Source: Isurus oxyrinchus (taxonomy: Eukaryota). Taken from it: a DNA stretch of 64,000 bases. Within the stretch, counting starts at the first letter, position 1; each line of letters opens with the position of its first letter. Shown in pieces: positions 13,246-26,200 of the stretch. Location: the NCBI GenBank assembly GCA_026770705.1, contig JANJGN010000024.1:62001-126000 (forward strand). Reading direction: 5' to 3'. The notes beneath the pieces were generated by a model. It saw only the letters and a program-made list of their open reading frames with translations. It was not told the DNA's origin and ran no database searches. A program made the translations under genes and the position numbers.

Positions 13246-13846
13246 CATGCCAAAATCCAAAGGTCTTGGTGTGGTGATTGAATGGCTGTCCAGTTGCCTT
13301 TTAAATATGCCATCTGGACATAATGGTGGGGCACGCAACTTCCTGCCTGCCCTTCTACGAGACTCGATGTGAACCTTGTGGCTGCATAATTAATTAAGTA
13401 AACGGTGTATGATTTGGCATGTACACCTGCCCTGCTCTCCTGCAAAATTCACTCCAACTCCCCAGTTTCGCCACTGGTCTTAGGCCTGGAGTGGAAAATT
13501 CTGGCCTTGATCAATGATAAACTGCTTATGGATTAATGCGTATTTGTTTTTAGCCATAACATCAACACTTTGCTTTCCTACAGTGTTTTTTAATGTTGGG
13601 CAAAGAAAATAGAAAGTAAAGATGCTGCAGTTTTATCTATTAACTGCAATATGTGTTAGGCACAAACCTTGTGATTTGTGAAGAAAATGGTTACGCTGTT
13701 GTCAAAGGAAGAAAATTAAGAATTGAATTTATATACCATTTATTCATGCCTTTCAGTAATATACCCAAGCGCTTCAAATTCTGTTTATGTGTTGTGATTC
13801 TTGTCACTAATTGTGATTTAATTTCCATTTATTATCTCTTTTACAG

Positions 13847-13948
13847 TTGATCCATTGCTTCTCATTCTAGTTCCAGCCATTGCTGTTATTGGGTTCAGCG
13901 TTGTGGTAACAATATGCTTATGTCTGATCTGCAAGAGGCAAATGAAAG
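13847..13948 (+). CDS. Transmembrane exon of the IgSF receptor
   Basis: Acceptor tatctcttttacAG and donor AAG|GTAAAA, phase 1-1; reads VDPLLLILVPAIAVIGFSVVVTICLCLICKRQMK in frame with the previous exon. Confidence 0.88.
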
Positions 13949-14419
13949 GTAAAACTTAAAATAAGTCTTTGGTTGTAGGTGTTAACCTTACCATTGACAT
14001 CAATAGCAAACTGTAAAATGATGTGGTTTTCACTAGCCGGTGTGACTCCAGCCTTTTGCAATGTGTTTGTAAATGTTCTTGCTTATCAGGTTATTTTTCA
14101 TGTCCCAGTCTCTCACTGTTATGTAGGCTGCTCATACCAAGCTAGGGCTTTATAAAAAATCTTTTAAAACACTTTCATCACTTGTGTCCTAGAAGTTATA
14201 CCAGAGTGATTCTTTGCTATAGCAGAAAATTAGGTAATAAAGTGGATTGTTATATTATTTTGCAGCAATTGTGAAACCAACATTTTCTATTAATTCCTGA
14301 ATAGGAAATATTTAGTAGTCATGGTTGGACTATGATACAGGAGGTAAAAGTGACTGTACTCTAATATTTCTATCCCTGTAATATTCTCCAATATGCAATT
14401 AGAAATAGCACTGTATTCA

Positions 14420-15825
14420 AACTAAAGACAAACAAATCAAAGGAACAGAAAGGAGCACGTAACAGAATACTGAGGGAAGCTGCAAAAGTAGTGTTAAAGG
14501 TTTTGACAATTTTCTAACTCATTGGTCAGGAGAATTATGCCAGATGACTGGAAGGTGACAAAATCAATACCCTTATTCAAAATGAAGATAAAGCTGTAAT
14601 TTAGTGTTGCACATATTAGTAAACTACTGGAATCTACATCACAGGAGGAGTTAACTAGGGCCAGTTGACACGGATTTCTAAGAGACAGGTTATGCTTGAA
14701 CCAGCTCATAGTATTCTTTAACAACAGAGAGGAGTTGCAATGGATGCAAGTTAATTGGATTTTCAAAATACATTTATTAAGCTGTCATAAAGAGCTTCAT
14801 CCAAAAGGCAATGACTTTTATAAATAGCTCCAGGAAACATCGGACAGCAGAAAGCAAAGGGTCAAGATAAAAGGAAATTTCTTGGACTCAAATTGACTGG
14901 TATTCCATAGAGATCGATTTTGGGTCATTATTAGTAATACTATATTTATAAATGATCTGTTTACGGGAATTGAGGAAAGAATGTCAAAATTGATTGATCA
15001 CCTGATGTTGAAAGATATGGAAAATTGTGATCAGAATTATGAAATATTGCAAAATATAGGTTTAACAGGATTGGGATGTAGAGAGCAGATGCAATTCAAT
15101 TTAGAAACAAATTGAGTTCAAACATTTTTGAAGTAAAAATTAGAGTAGTTTAATGGAAGTATTTTAGATTAGCGGAGCAGAACAAAGCAGATCACAAGTA
15201 ATTTAATTCACAAACAGGCCAAAGAACTGTAAATAAACCCTTGTTTTTGTATCCAGAATCATAGAATAGAAAAAAGGTAATGTTGAACTGTTGGCTGAAG
15301 TTAGAGCGTTGTGTGTAGATTTGAGCTGCTATTACAGGAAGTGGGAAAAAAAAAGTGGTGGTGAAGGTGCAGTCCAGAATCACTTGAATGTTATCAGAAT
15401 GAAGAGTTACTGTTATGAGGAAGCTTAAGAAGAAAGGGCTTTTTTGACTGAAGTTGAGGAGATTAAGGTTGTTCTGAAAGAGGATTATGTTAAGCTAAAT
15501 AATGAGAGATTGTCTCACCTGTTCACTGAGGCAGTACTGAGATGACAAAGTTTAATTTAAGCACAAAAAATTGAAGGGGATGTTCTCAGAAAAAAATAGC
15601 TTTTCATAGTGGCTGCTTCAGATGTGGAACTCCCTCCCAAAACCATTTTGGAATAGAACGCATGAATTATTTTAAAAATAAATTATATAATTGTTTGAAA
15701 AAGAGGGATATTAAAGAATATGGAGAATGAGCAGAAGAGTGGGAATAGGTCATATGGAGAAAAACACTGGAACAAAATTAATTGGGAAAATAGCCTTTTG
15801 CTATATTGTAACATGTGATCCTATG
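14420..15825 (+). mobile_element. Old, highly decayed CR1 LINE
   Basis: Remnants GATGACTGGAAGGTGACAAA, ACACGGATTTCTAAGAGACAGGTTATGCTTGA, TTGGATTTTCAAAA, TGTGGAACTCCCTCCC. Confidence 0.6.
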
Positions 15826-16467
15826 TAAAAGCAGCTTTATCAGTCTTTCAGACTAATAAATCCCTGCAGTGGAATTAAAGTTTAAATTGCAGCAATGCTG
15901 CTGGAGCTTTTTGTTGTTGTACAGCAGAAACTATTTAACTTTACATGTGTTGTGATTGCTTATCATTTTGTTACTGGTGCCAAACTCAACTTTGCCCTCT
16001 TGGTCCTCTTACGATCCAAATACAATGTCCTACATACACCGTCAGTGCTGAGAACAGAAAGTGTATTGAAATCAAAACTTATCACCTCAAAACCTCTATA
16101 ATGCAGAAGGCCTTGCCTTCCTCTGTGTTTCCTTTCTCCAACCATTTACAGGCCCTTATAACCAAAGTCTGACCACGAATTCTTGCTATTTCTCATCCTT
16201 TCTTTAGGCTCCTTCAACATTAATATCACGACTGTCTCAAAAAAGTATAGATGCCCAAAATGTCACCAGAACTAATAGCCTCAACACAAAGTTTATTGGC
16301 AATTTATAGTCAAACACGTAACACATTTGGATGGCATTCCTTTGTCAACTGCTTCAATGAAAGTGTTAACCTTTTGTGCTTTAAATGGTATAACACCAAT
16401 GAAAGCAGTAGACAAAGAAATATCACGTAAATGTGCTAAGCGTTTGTCCACAAATTTCAATGTTTAG

Positions 16468-17673
16468 GGGCGGAATTTTCCATGCCCATTGGCATCGGGC
16501 ATGTTTGGCAGCATGAGAAGGCCAAAAACCGTTGCCATCGTCCGCTCGGCCCATCAATGGCAGGTCATCGGACATCGGGAACCTCATTGTAATACATCTG
16601 CATATCATTGTAAGGCTAGCCCACTGGACTCATCCCCTCAAGCTGGATCATCCACCCGTTTCACTCCAACGCATATGCACCTGGCAAGGTGCACCTAGCT
16701 CAGGATTTTGAGGTTTGTTTAGTTCAGTCAACACTTGCAGTCATCAGCGCCAGGCTTCGCAGACAATGCCATGTCACTTTTAGGAGGGGGCTCACGGGCT
16801 AGTTTCTACCTACCAGACCAGCCTTAATGCAGGGGTGGCTTTGTACGACTGCGGGGTGAAGGCTTGCTTGGGGAATGGGGAGAAGTGGCCTCAGGCAAGG
16901 GAAGAGGTTACAAGGTGAGGTCTGCACTGGGAAATAGGGGTTTCCCATGGTCTGTGTGGGGCACAAGTTGATCTGTCCAAGTGGCCGCAAGATGGTGAGG
17001 GCTGGGGAGGCAGTCTCCAGAGCAGCTGAGGCCAGATGGAGGTTTGAGGGTGTGTGTGAAAGAATGAGTTGTGATGTCCCTTGAGCTGGCAGTGAGTGAG
17101 ATGCCAGTTACTATGTGATGGGCTTGAGTGTATGAGTTTAGAGTGATGAGATGGTTGTCTTACCCTGGCAGAACAGTTGAGATCATATGTCCTCTATCTG
17201 CATTGGACGGCCAACCTCTTCTGTGAAGCATTGGCACTGATCACCACTGCCATCGTCTACCAAGCCGGAGAGGTAATGTAGCTGCACCTCCTATAGCCAG
17301 AGTGGGGTTAGGGGACATCATGGCAGGCCTCCAAATGTGCTCAAGGGCTCATCACTAAACCTGAGGGCTGCAGTCTTCTTTCCGTTCAGGGCCAACCTGT
17401 CTTCTCTGCAACTCTGGGCAGGCATCACTGAGAGGTGTGTGCGTGGCTGCACTTTAAATATGGCACCCAGTGTGATGAAGCAGCGACATGATGGCCTGAC
17501 AGGTGAATGAGAGCCTGTCCACCATGGAAACGGCGTGTTTCCCCAGGAATGCATAATGAATACAGCAGGTTTGGGTTGATACAGCGTGAGAAGCCGCCAT
17601 TGCGGTTGTTGGGTAGAACAGCGTTTTTCCCGCCCACAATGGCACTTAAAGCAAATCTAGGACGATTTGGTCC
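16468..17673. mobile_element. Internally deleted PIF/Harbinger element
   Basis: GGGCGGAATTTTCC...GGACGATTTGGTCC with TAG/TAG TSD; minus-strand Myb-like remnant (KKTAALRFSDEPL) similar to 59890-60130. Confidence 0.7.
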
Positions 17674-18441
17674 TAGGTTTATCTCTGTTAAGTGATGGAC
17701 AACAGCTACACTGACTGTAATAATAAGAATCATTCACCTGAATTCGACAAAAGCTCTTGCATTCATTTCTATCCTTTTTAACTTATGTTATATTCAGCAG
17801 AATATAAAAATATTGTTAACAGTTGAAATTATTAAAGGATTTGTGACTCACATTTACTGAAAATTAACTGGGTGTTAACAGGGTTAACAGAAAATGTTGA
17901 TGCACTTGTTACTTATACACATTGACTCATCGGCTCAAAGTGAAAGAGCAATGGAAATCATGTGGTAAAAGTTATTCACCAGTAGATTCTTTTCACTAGT
18001 ATTTTTTACGGCTGCATCTTTAACTACATGCATTCAATGGTTTTCATATTTCACTGAGGCTTGGAGCAGCTGTTGTGAAGCGTGAAGTTTATGGGAAGAA
18101 ATGTGATTTGTGGTGAAAAAGCCAAGAATATTTGATGATACAGCACAATGAGTGTTTGTCAATGTCACAGAGCTGAAAATGTCGATTAACATAGATCTGG
18201 CTGTTTCTGATGGCAGAGAACATAGAATGCATGGTGGTGCAGATTAGGGGAATATTCCAAGCAATGAGTTGTTGTGGGTGCCACAGAGCTGGGAGTATCT
18301 GATGGCAGAGAGTTGAGCTTCTAATGGCACAGTTAAGGGAATATTACTGCAAATCTGAATCTAAGTTCCGTCTTATAAGATCTGTTTTCCATTATGTAAT
18401 GTTGCATGTATACTACAACTTTAATATCTCTGCACACAGAA

Positions 18442-18517
18442 TGTGTTATCATTGAATATGTGTGTTACCATTGAATATGTGTGTTACTATTGAATATGTG
18501 TGTTACTATTGAATATA
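18442..18517. repeat. 19-bp minisatellite, 4 copies (TGTGTTACTATTGAATATG)
   Basis: Directly visible tandem units. Confidence 0.9.
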
Positions 18518-18599
18518 TGGATTCTACCAGAGCTATTTGGCTCCATACCTCGCCACAGCCTGGATCCAAACTTGGGCATGATATCTGAATTCTGGAGGT

Positions 18600-19300
18600 G
18601 TGGTGAGAGTGACTGTTTTTGATATCAAGATGTTTGCCTGAATGTGGCATCAGGGAGACCTAGTAAAAGTGAAGTCAATAGGAATTGTGGGGGAGCTCTC
18701 AGGTGACTGGAATCCTATCTGTCACAAAGGAAGGTGGTTATGGTTGTTGAAGGCCAAGCATCTAAGTTTCAGGATATCACTGTGGGAGTTGCTCAGGTCA
18801 GAGTCCTAGACCCAACAATCTTCAGATGCTTCATGAATGACCTTCCCTCCACCACAAGGTCAGCAGTAGGGCAGCTCATTGATGATTATAGAGTTCCATA
18901 TGAAATTAGTCAGATACTGAAGCAGTCCATACACATGTATAATAGCAAGGCCTGGACAACATTCAGACTTCTGCTTATAAGAGCTACATTACATTAAGGC
19001 CACAGAAGGACCAGGCAATGATCAAGAAGAGAAAGTCTAATGGCTTTCTCATGACAATTAAAGTCTTTACCATCACCAACTCCCCCCCATCAATATTCTG
19101 GGAGGTCATCATACTGACCAGAAACACCATTAGACCAAATAGATGCCATGGCTTCTAGAACAGGTCAGGGGCTGTGTATTCTGTGCCTAGTGACTCGGGG
19201 AAAGTAACTTGTTTGATCGGCACCCCATCCACCATCAAACATACACTCCCTCCACCATCGATGTGCTATGGTTGCAGTATGTACCATCTACAGGATGCAA
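18600..19300 (+). mobile_element. Decayed LINE RT fragment
   Basis: VGVAQVRVLDPTIFRCFMNDLPS is a decayed GVPQGSVLGP..INDL motif. Confidence 0.65.
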
Positions 19301-20625
19301 AATTCTCCACACCAGTAGCTTTATTAGTCTTTATTAATTCAGAAATATCAAATTTCAAGATTCCTCAATAAAGCTAATAAATTAGGATAAAAATTATAAT
19401 TAATTGTTACTTCTTGCCATTAATTCATTTTAAGTTAAGCCATTAATGTAAAGAAGGGACATTAGGATATTCTTAACATCAATTAATTTCAAATGGTGAT
19501 TTGTTTCCCTTTGTAATGTACTCACTCAGATAAAAAATATTTTTCAAAGAAACTGGAAACTTTCAGTAAAGAGGTTATAATTAGTGTGACTCCTTGGGTG
19601 GGTGACAGTGTTACACTGATGCGGTAATTCCTGGATTGCTATCAGTAGTTATTTATTGTACCTGAACCGAAAGTGCGAGCTGTTATTTTAATTAAAATGT
19701 TATTGATTTTACCCTGTTAACCTTTGAAGCTGGAGGAAGTTGTTTAAATGGTAATTACTGTAGACAGAGTTTCCTCCTATTTTTGCTGTACAAAAGGCCA
19801 AGGTTAGGGGAAATTGTGCCTGAGTTACATCTACTAAAAATATATGGATGTGGGAAGAAACTGCATCCATGCCAATCTGTCATGGGCTTAGATGTGCAGC
19901 ATACAAGAGGTTGTTTGAAAGAGACTTAGAGAATATATTTGTTAAACGTTTCAAGTTTAATATGTAAACCATATTTGCTTCTTGTGTTTTTTTTTCCTTT
20001 TATTCAATGTTTGCTTGCTGCACACTTGCCACAAAGCGAATAGAGGCTTATTTCATAAAACTTCTTGTTTCTTTCAAGAAAAGTCAAAGGAATTCTTATA
20101 TTAGTTCTGGTTCACTATTGTTCTTATTCAATGGGACTTTCCAATTTAGTGGACCAGTTTCCCTCCTCACCCATTGTCTCAACCTCAGAATTTTGCTCTG
20201 GAGTTTTAAAATGTGGAATCTTTGGCTCTCCGATCCTCTCGCCCAAAATTTCATTGATCGCTTGCCTTCTGATTATGATCTCTCTGGTGTCATTCCTTTC
20301 TGATGAGGCACTCTATCCTACCAAACCACTGCTGAATGCAAGGGATTTCTGGCTGCCCTTCCTCTCTACCAGAGTCACAGCAGTGTTTGACTCACCTCTT
20401 TCTCAATTAGACACTTTTTAAATATATTTGTTGTACAGAAAACCAATTGGGCAAGAAAATAATCCTGAACGTATTGGCAAACAAAAGTTATTGCATTGCC
20501 CACCCATGTACTGAATATTGGACAGGACAAATAACTGGTGGCTGATACATCACTCATTTTACACTCGCCCTAACCAAGATGAATTCCTGTCCCAATACCT
20601 CCTCAACTCAGAGGAAATAAACTAT

Positions 20626-21331
20626 GGGCTGAATTTCCTCGCCGGTTAGGGGGGTTGTGCAGGGGCAGGCGGGAGCGAGTGCCCCCGATCAGGTCTGCGC
20701 ATCCATTTTATGTGGTGGGCCAATTAAGGCCCGCCCAGCATGACCCCCGCCCAGAGGCGCTGAGCGCTCCCTGTGCGGGCAGGGGTGGGGGAGGGGGCTA
20801 TTCCCTGAGTCGGGGTCTGCGCTGTTTCGAGCATGTGCTTAACAGAGCCCAAACATCTCCCTGAGACACGGAGGTGCCTCAGGGAGATCGGTTTGACATG
20901 TGTAAATTTAATTAAAGGGAAATAAAAACTTTTACAACATGTCCCCTCATGTGGCATTGTCACTTGAGCTGGGACATGTGAAATAGTTATTTTTAACATT
21001 TTTATTGACTTTTAAAACACTTCATGAATCCTCATCCTGCCTGTGAGTGAGGTTTGATGAAAAACGCGAAGACTGCCTGGGCTCTTCGCCTGCCCACCGC
21101 CAACCTTAAGGTTGGACAGGCAGCTCAGCAAACTGAATTAATTGCTAATTAAATGGCCTTAATAAGCCTTTGCTAGTTCAGCGGGTGCACAGCCAATTCG
21201 GCTGTGTGCCCGCCAATCTGAAAATCCAAATGATGCGTTGACATCGGTATGCCTGCCCGATCTCACCGCACGTTATTTTACACATCAGCGAGTGGGGAGG
21301 ACCCCTGCTCACCGACCAGAGAATTCTGCCC
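20626..21331 (+). mobile_element. Harbinger MITE family A (copy 2)
   Basis: GGGCTGAATT...AATTCTGCCC with TAT/TAT TSD. Confidence 0.85.
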
Positions 21332-22699
21332 TATACAATATAAGTGGGAATTAAAACTCCATATTTAATAACACTAACGTTCATGTCCCAGATTTGTTAG
21401 TTAAGAGATTTATAGAACATTCAAAAAAAGGAGTGAATCATATAATTTAATACTTCTACATAAGAATTTGGAAGGGTCATTTCAAAACAAGCAAGGAATG
21501 CACTGTAACTTATTGATTTCTGATGAAAAAAAATCCCACAACAGCAGATTCAGAGATATAAACTTTAAGGATACCCAAACACCATTTTCAAGTACTGAGG
21601 CAAATAGGGAGCATTATTAGTCACATATTAAATTGCAAATAGTTTCCGAATACATGTTTTTCATCCAGAATTTTCTTAAAAGGTAAAACAGGGCTGTATT
21701 TGAAAACTTGTGGTATTGCACACAATAAAGTGCCCTTGGTTCCAAAGCATGGTGATGATAAACAGGACGCTCTAAAATAATGCCTAAAGTACATTCAGTT
21801 ACATTTGTAATTCTTTGCAATGAACGGTTTCTTGAAACCACTGAAAATTAACTCTGCAAAGATTGAAAAGGTCAGTAGTTTTGCTGTTGCATTTCTTCTG
21901 CTTGTTATGCTCAGAGCAACCATTCTATAATTTTCGGAAACGTGGTTTACTGCAAGCTTTGTAAGTGAGAAGCAGTGTGCAGTACAAGATTAGATTTGCC
22001 TTCAGCACAGTACCTTAGAAATCCACAGACCCCCAAGAGTGATCTATCCAGCTGCAGATCTTAGTAGTTTAAACATAACATAAACCTATCTTTCTTTTAA
22101 AATGTTCCTATGTATGTGAAGATGTTTACATCAGGGAAATGACTGGAGTGGGAGCAATGATCAGAGAAAGTGGTAGATTGTATCCATTGACATTGGATGT
22201 GCTAATTATTTTTCAGAATCAGATAAATGAATATGTGTGATATACAAATTAAGATGATCAGCTTCACTCCCAATGATTAAGGGTAGCCAATCCTATGTAT
22301 ATTAATATTTTTACATGATTATTGGTGTCTCTTATCACAACAATTTGCTGAACTGTTCCGTGAATAAAATTGTTTTGAAAGTAACCAACCAATAATTCTA
22401 AAGAAAGTCTCACAACTAAAGAGAAAAATAAAAAGAAAGACTTGCATCTATATCACGCTTTTCACAAGCACCAGACATCTCAAAGTGCTTTACAGCGAAT
22501 GAAGTACATTTTGAAGTGTAGTCACTGCTGTAGGAAACCAATTTGCCCACAGCAAACTCCCATAAACAGGAACATCGTAATGACCAGATAATTCATTTTA
22601 TGATAAAGGCAAAAAACTGTGGATGCTGGAAATCCAAAACAAAAACAAAAATACCTGGAAAAACTCAGCAGGTCTGCCAGCATCTGCGGAGAGGAACAC

Positions 22700-22738
22700 A
22701 GTTAACGTTTCGAGTCCGCATGACTCTTCAACAGAACT
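22700..22738 (-). ncRNA. Minimal type-I hammerhead-like motif (U6 core)
   Basis: AGUU-CUGUUGA-A-GAGUC-AUGCG-GACUC-GAAA-CG-UU^AACU. Confidence 0.65.
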
Positions 22739-23226
22739 AAGGAAAAATAGAAAAGGGGTGAAATATAAGCTGGTTTAAGGGGAGTGGAGGGGGGTGGGAC
22801 AAGAAGAGCTGGATAGGGGGCCAGTGATAGGTAGAGATAACCAAAAGATGTCACAGACAAAAGGACAAAGAGGTGTTGAAGGTGGTGATATTATCTAAAG
22901 GAATGTGCTAATTAAGGGTAGAAAGCAGGATGAGCAAGGTACAGATAGCCCTAATAGGGGTGGAGCCTTTTTCGATTCCTTCACCCCATCCCAACCCACC
23001 CCCACTAGGGCTATCTGTACCTTGCTTGTCCTGCTTTCTATCCTTAATTAGCACATGCCTTTAGATAATATCACCACCTTCAACATCTCTTTTGTCTGTG
23101 ACATCTTTTAGTTATCTCCACCTATCACTGGCCCCCTATCCAGCTCTTCTTGTCCCACCGCCACCCCCCCCACCCCCCACCACAACCAAAACCAGTTTAT
23201 ATTTCACCCCTTTTCTATTTTTCCTT

Positions 23227-23265
23227 AGTTCTGTTGAAGAGTCATGCGGACTCGAACTGTTAACT
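23227..23265 (+). ncRNA. Hammerhead-like motif, mutated copy (GAACUG for GAAACG)
   Basis: AGTTCTGTTGAAGAGTCATGCGGACTCGAACTGTTAACT. Confidence 0.5.
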
Positions 23266-24321
23266 GTGTTTCTCTCCGCAGATGCTGTCAGACCTGCTGA
23301 ATTCATTTTATGATGTTGATTGAGGGATAAATATTGGCTAGGACACTATGATGACTCCCATGCTCTTCTTTGAAATTGTGGTATGTAATCATATGTTATG
23401 TCACCTGAGAGCTAGACAAGCAGAGCCCCAGCTTAATAGCCCATACAAAAAATGGCACCTCCAACAGTGCAGCTTTCCCTTAGGCACTGCACTTGAGTGC
23501 CAGCCTAAGTTGTTGTGCTCAACTACCGGAGTTCAACCTTCTGGCCCAGAGGTGAGAGTGCTACCAACTGAGATACAGCTGACACTGAGGGAAGGAAATA
23601 ACAAAAATGAATCTTTTCATTATTAAATTTGAAAGATTCATACAGAGATAAAGTTCCATGAAAAAGAACTTTAAAAGGGATTCATATTAACAAAAGTTAA
23701 TGCGCACATTGTTTTGAAGTTCCATTTGACCCACTTGTAATATAGTTGGTTAATTCTTGATGATCTCAAAATAGCTGCAAAAAGACGGATATAAAGTATC
23801 ACAACAAGAACATTACAGAGCGTGCTGTTATCTTGTAGTGAAATAACTACTTTCATAGATTTTAACAGTCAGATATCAAAACATTGTATCAATGCTGTTT
23901 ACAGGGAATTTCATGCCATGCTAGTTCACCAGTTAGTGAAGTGACTGAGAATAATAGATCTGTAATAATATTCCTTTCACATATCCCAAGCAACTAAATG
24001 CTAAAAAGGTTCAACTGATGCAAAGTTTGTGAAACCAAATAAGCAAATTAGATTTTATGTTCCTGTATCGAGGCATCTTTAGTGTAGCCCATCTTCACTA
24101 ACTAAGCAAGAATTAAACTAGAACTGTTTAAACATGTGAACTGGTGTCTGCAGATCAACTCTTGGATAAAATTATTGGAGGCTGATCACCAGTTCAATTG
24201 ATAGGCAATATTTTGTATGTGAGTGAAAATATTGCTGGTTAACAGAGTAAAGCATATTTTTTCATTCATATAAAAAGGTAAATTATGTTGTAGATCTCAA
24301 GACAAGGTTGTAGGAAAGACT

Positions 24322-24991
24322 GGGTAGGAATTTCCCCCCCGTTGGGGAGGAAGTTGAAGTACGGGTGTGCAGGGATGCACCTCCGATCGGCGCCTCCGAT
24401 CAGGGGCGCACTGCTATTTTACGTGGGCGTGACATCCACACGGAAGAGCTATGCGGTGGGGGGAATCCCTAAACCCGAGAGTGCTCTGTTTTGCGCATGC
24501 GCACGAAGGAACACACTCATCTCCCTGAGGCTAAGTGCTGCCTCAGGGAGATCGCCTCTAATGTACAAATTATTAAAAGTAGAAAAAAAAATTCCCCGAC
24601 ATGTCCCCTCATGTGACACTGTTGGAACATTTCCATAAATTTTTAAAAAACTCTAATTCAATTTTTTAAAACCTGGATGAAACCTCATCCCGCCTGTGGA
24701 TGAGGTTTCATGCATTTTCAGAAGCCAGCCAGGGCTCCTGGCCTGTCGCCAACCTTAAGGGTGGACAGGCAGGTCCATTAATTAGTTTAATTGCTCTGTC
24801 AATGGCCTCAATTGGCCACTAACAGGTCGGGGGAGGGGCACACAGCTGATTTTGTTGAGCCCCTGCCTACTGAAAATTGAAATGGGGTGCGGTGGCATTG
24901 GGAGTTCTGCCCGACGTCACTGCGCGTCATTTTACGCATCGGCGAGCGGGCCCCACCCCCACCCCCACTCACTGACGGGGAAATCCTGCCC
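24322..24991 (+). mobile_element. Harbinger MITE family A (copy 3)
   Basis: GGGTAGGAATTT...AAATCCTGCCC; same internal hairpins as other copies; TSD not preserved. Confidence 0.8.
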
Positions 24992-25844
24992 TGTGTTGGT
25001 ATTTAGAACTGTGCCTGTTCAAGCCGGTTTAGCTGATTAAATCCAGTTCTGTTTCTGTTGCCCTCTGTGCAGTTCTGGACTTCCTTCCCATGAATTGCTT
25101 TTACCAAGGCCTTTACTAATAGATAATTGAATTTGTAGGTTTTACTTCTGTGTTTTCTCAGAGTGACCTACACCAGCTAGCAGACTATCTTGAATCAGAA
25201 TCAGAATCCTGAGCTAATCTGTTGATCTATCTCTGCTGCACCATGATTTTTTTTTTAAATAGTGACATTCTTCATATTTTGTAATAGAGATAAAATATAT
25301 TTTCTAATTTTTCACACCACATTTTGTTTCTGCTTTGTGCTGCCACCATTTAAGATGGGAGTGAGGTTCTGAGTTCTGGTAGTGCTATGTTAACACTTTC
25401 GAACAGACTTACACACCTTTTTTCCATTCAACTTAATGCTGAAAGGAACACATCTCCCTCAGTCTGAACACAAATCAATAGATGGCTCCTCCCTTGCCCT
25501 TCCTGCACTGTTGCTGACTCTAATGATTTCAGATAAGTCATGAGTACAGTTGTGCTGCCTTCCTCTGAACGATTAATTTATGTTCATATGAATTTATAAA
25601 AAAAACACATCTTCCACGTCTTTAATTGACAGCAACAGTACGCAAATAGGACCAGACTCATAACACCCCTAAAAACACTAAAAGTCACAAAAATAAAGTG
25701 AACTAGTGGGAGTTATTAATCTGAAAGGATCTATTATTTTGTGACCTAGTCACCAGCACAGACCTATATTTGGTTTGAGGAAACTGAAGTTTGGCAGCAT
25801 GAACCAATATTTCCAGTTCTGTTGTTAGCTTCATCTTTCTTTAT

Positions 25845-26200
25845 TATTCTTTGATAGGATGTGGATGATGCTGGCAAACCCATCCCTAATTGCACTGGAA
25901 CTGAATGGCTTGCTAGGCCATTTCAGAGGACAGGTGATTTGGGTCTGGAGTTACATATAGACCAGACCAGGTAAGGACAGTAGATTTACCCCCCTAAAGG
26001 GCATGGTGAACCAGATGGGTTTTTCCCAACAGTTGATAAAAGTTTCATGGCCACCATTACTAAGACCAGTGTTCAGTTCCAGACTCGATTAATTGAATTT
26101 AAATTTCACCAGCTGTCATGGTGGGATTTGAACCCATACCTCCAGAGCATTAACCTGAGTCACTGGATTCCAAGTCCAGTGACATTGCCACTAGGCCACT
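25845..26200 (-). mobile_element. tRNA-derived SINE, same family as 4380-4730
   Basis: Shared GGGTCTGGAGTTACATATAGACCAGACCAGGTAAGG...GTGAACCAGATGGG core and GGTGGGATTTGAACCC B-box. Confidence 0.75.

Larger units (their letters stand above)
9314..13506. mobile_element. Decayed large PIF/Harbinger transposon
   Basis: Termini GGGCAGAATCTTCC / GGAAAATTCTGGCC; Myb/SANT-like remnant on the minus strand near the right end. Confidence 0.65.
22605..23299. mobile_element. Penelope-like element, fold-back of two 3' ends
   Basis: 22605-22965 is the inverted repeat of 22985-23299; TSD AATTCATTTTATGAT at 22590-22604 and 23300-23314. Confidence 0.85.
22436..23585 (-). mobile_element. Deu-domain (SacSINE1/AmnSINE-like) SINE interrupted by a PLE
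   Basis: Homologous to 36105-36483 and 41635-42030 (AATTTGCCCACAGCAAACTCCCA, GAGGGATAAATATTGGC, CAGAGGTGAGAGTGCTACC); halves rejoin across the TSD. Confidence 0.7.

Noticed and set aside
18442-18517. CRISPR-like array
   Set aside because: Head-to-tail 19-mers without spacers in a vertebrate context
22605-23299. Fold-back units as DNA transposons with long TIRs
   Set aside because: Arms match the 3' UTR following the GIY-YIG ORF at 29405-29948, and arm lengths and TSD lengths vary, indicating PLE retrotransposition
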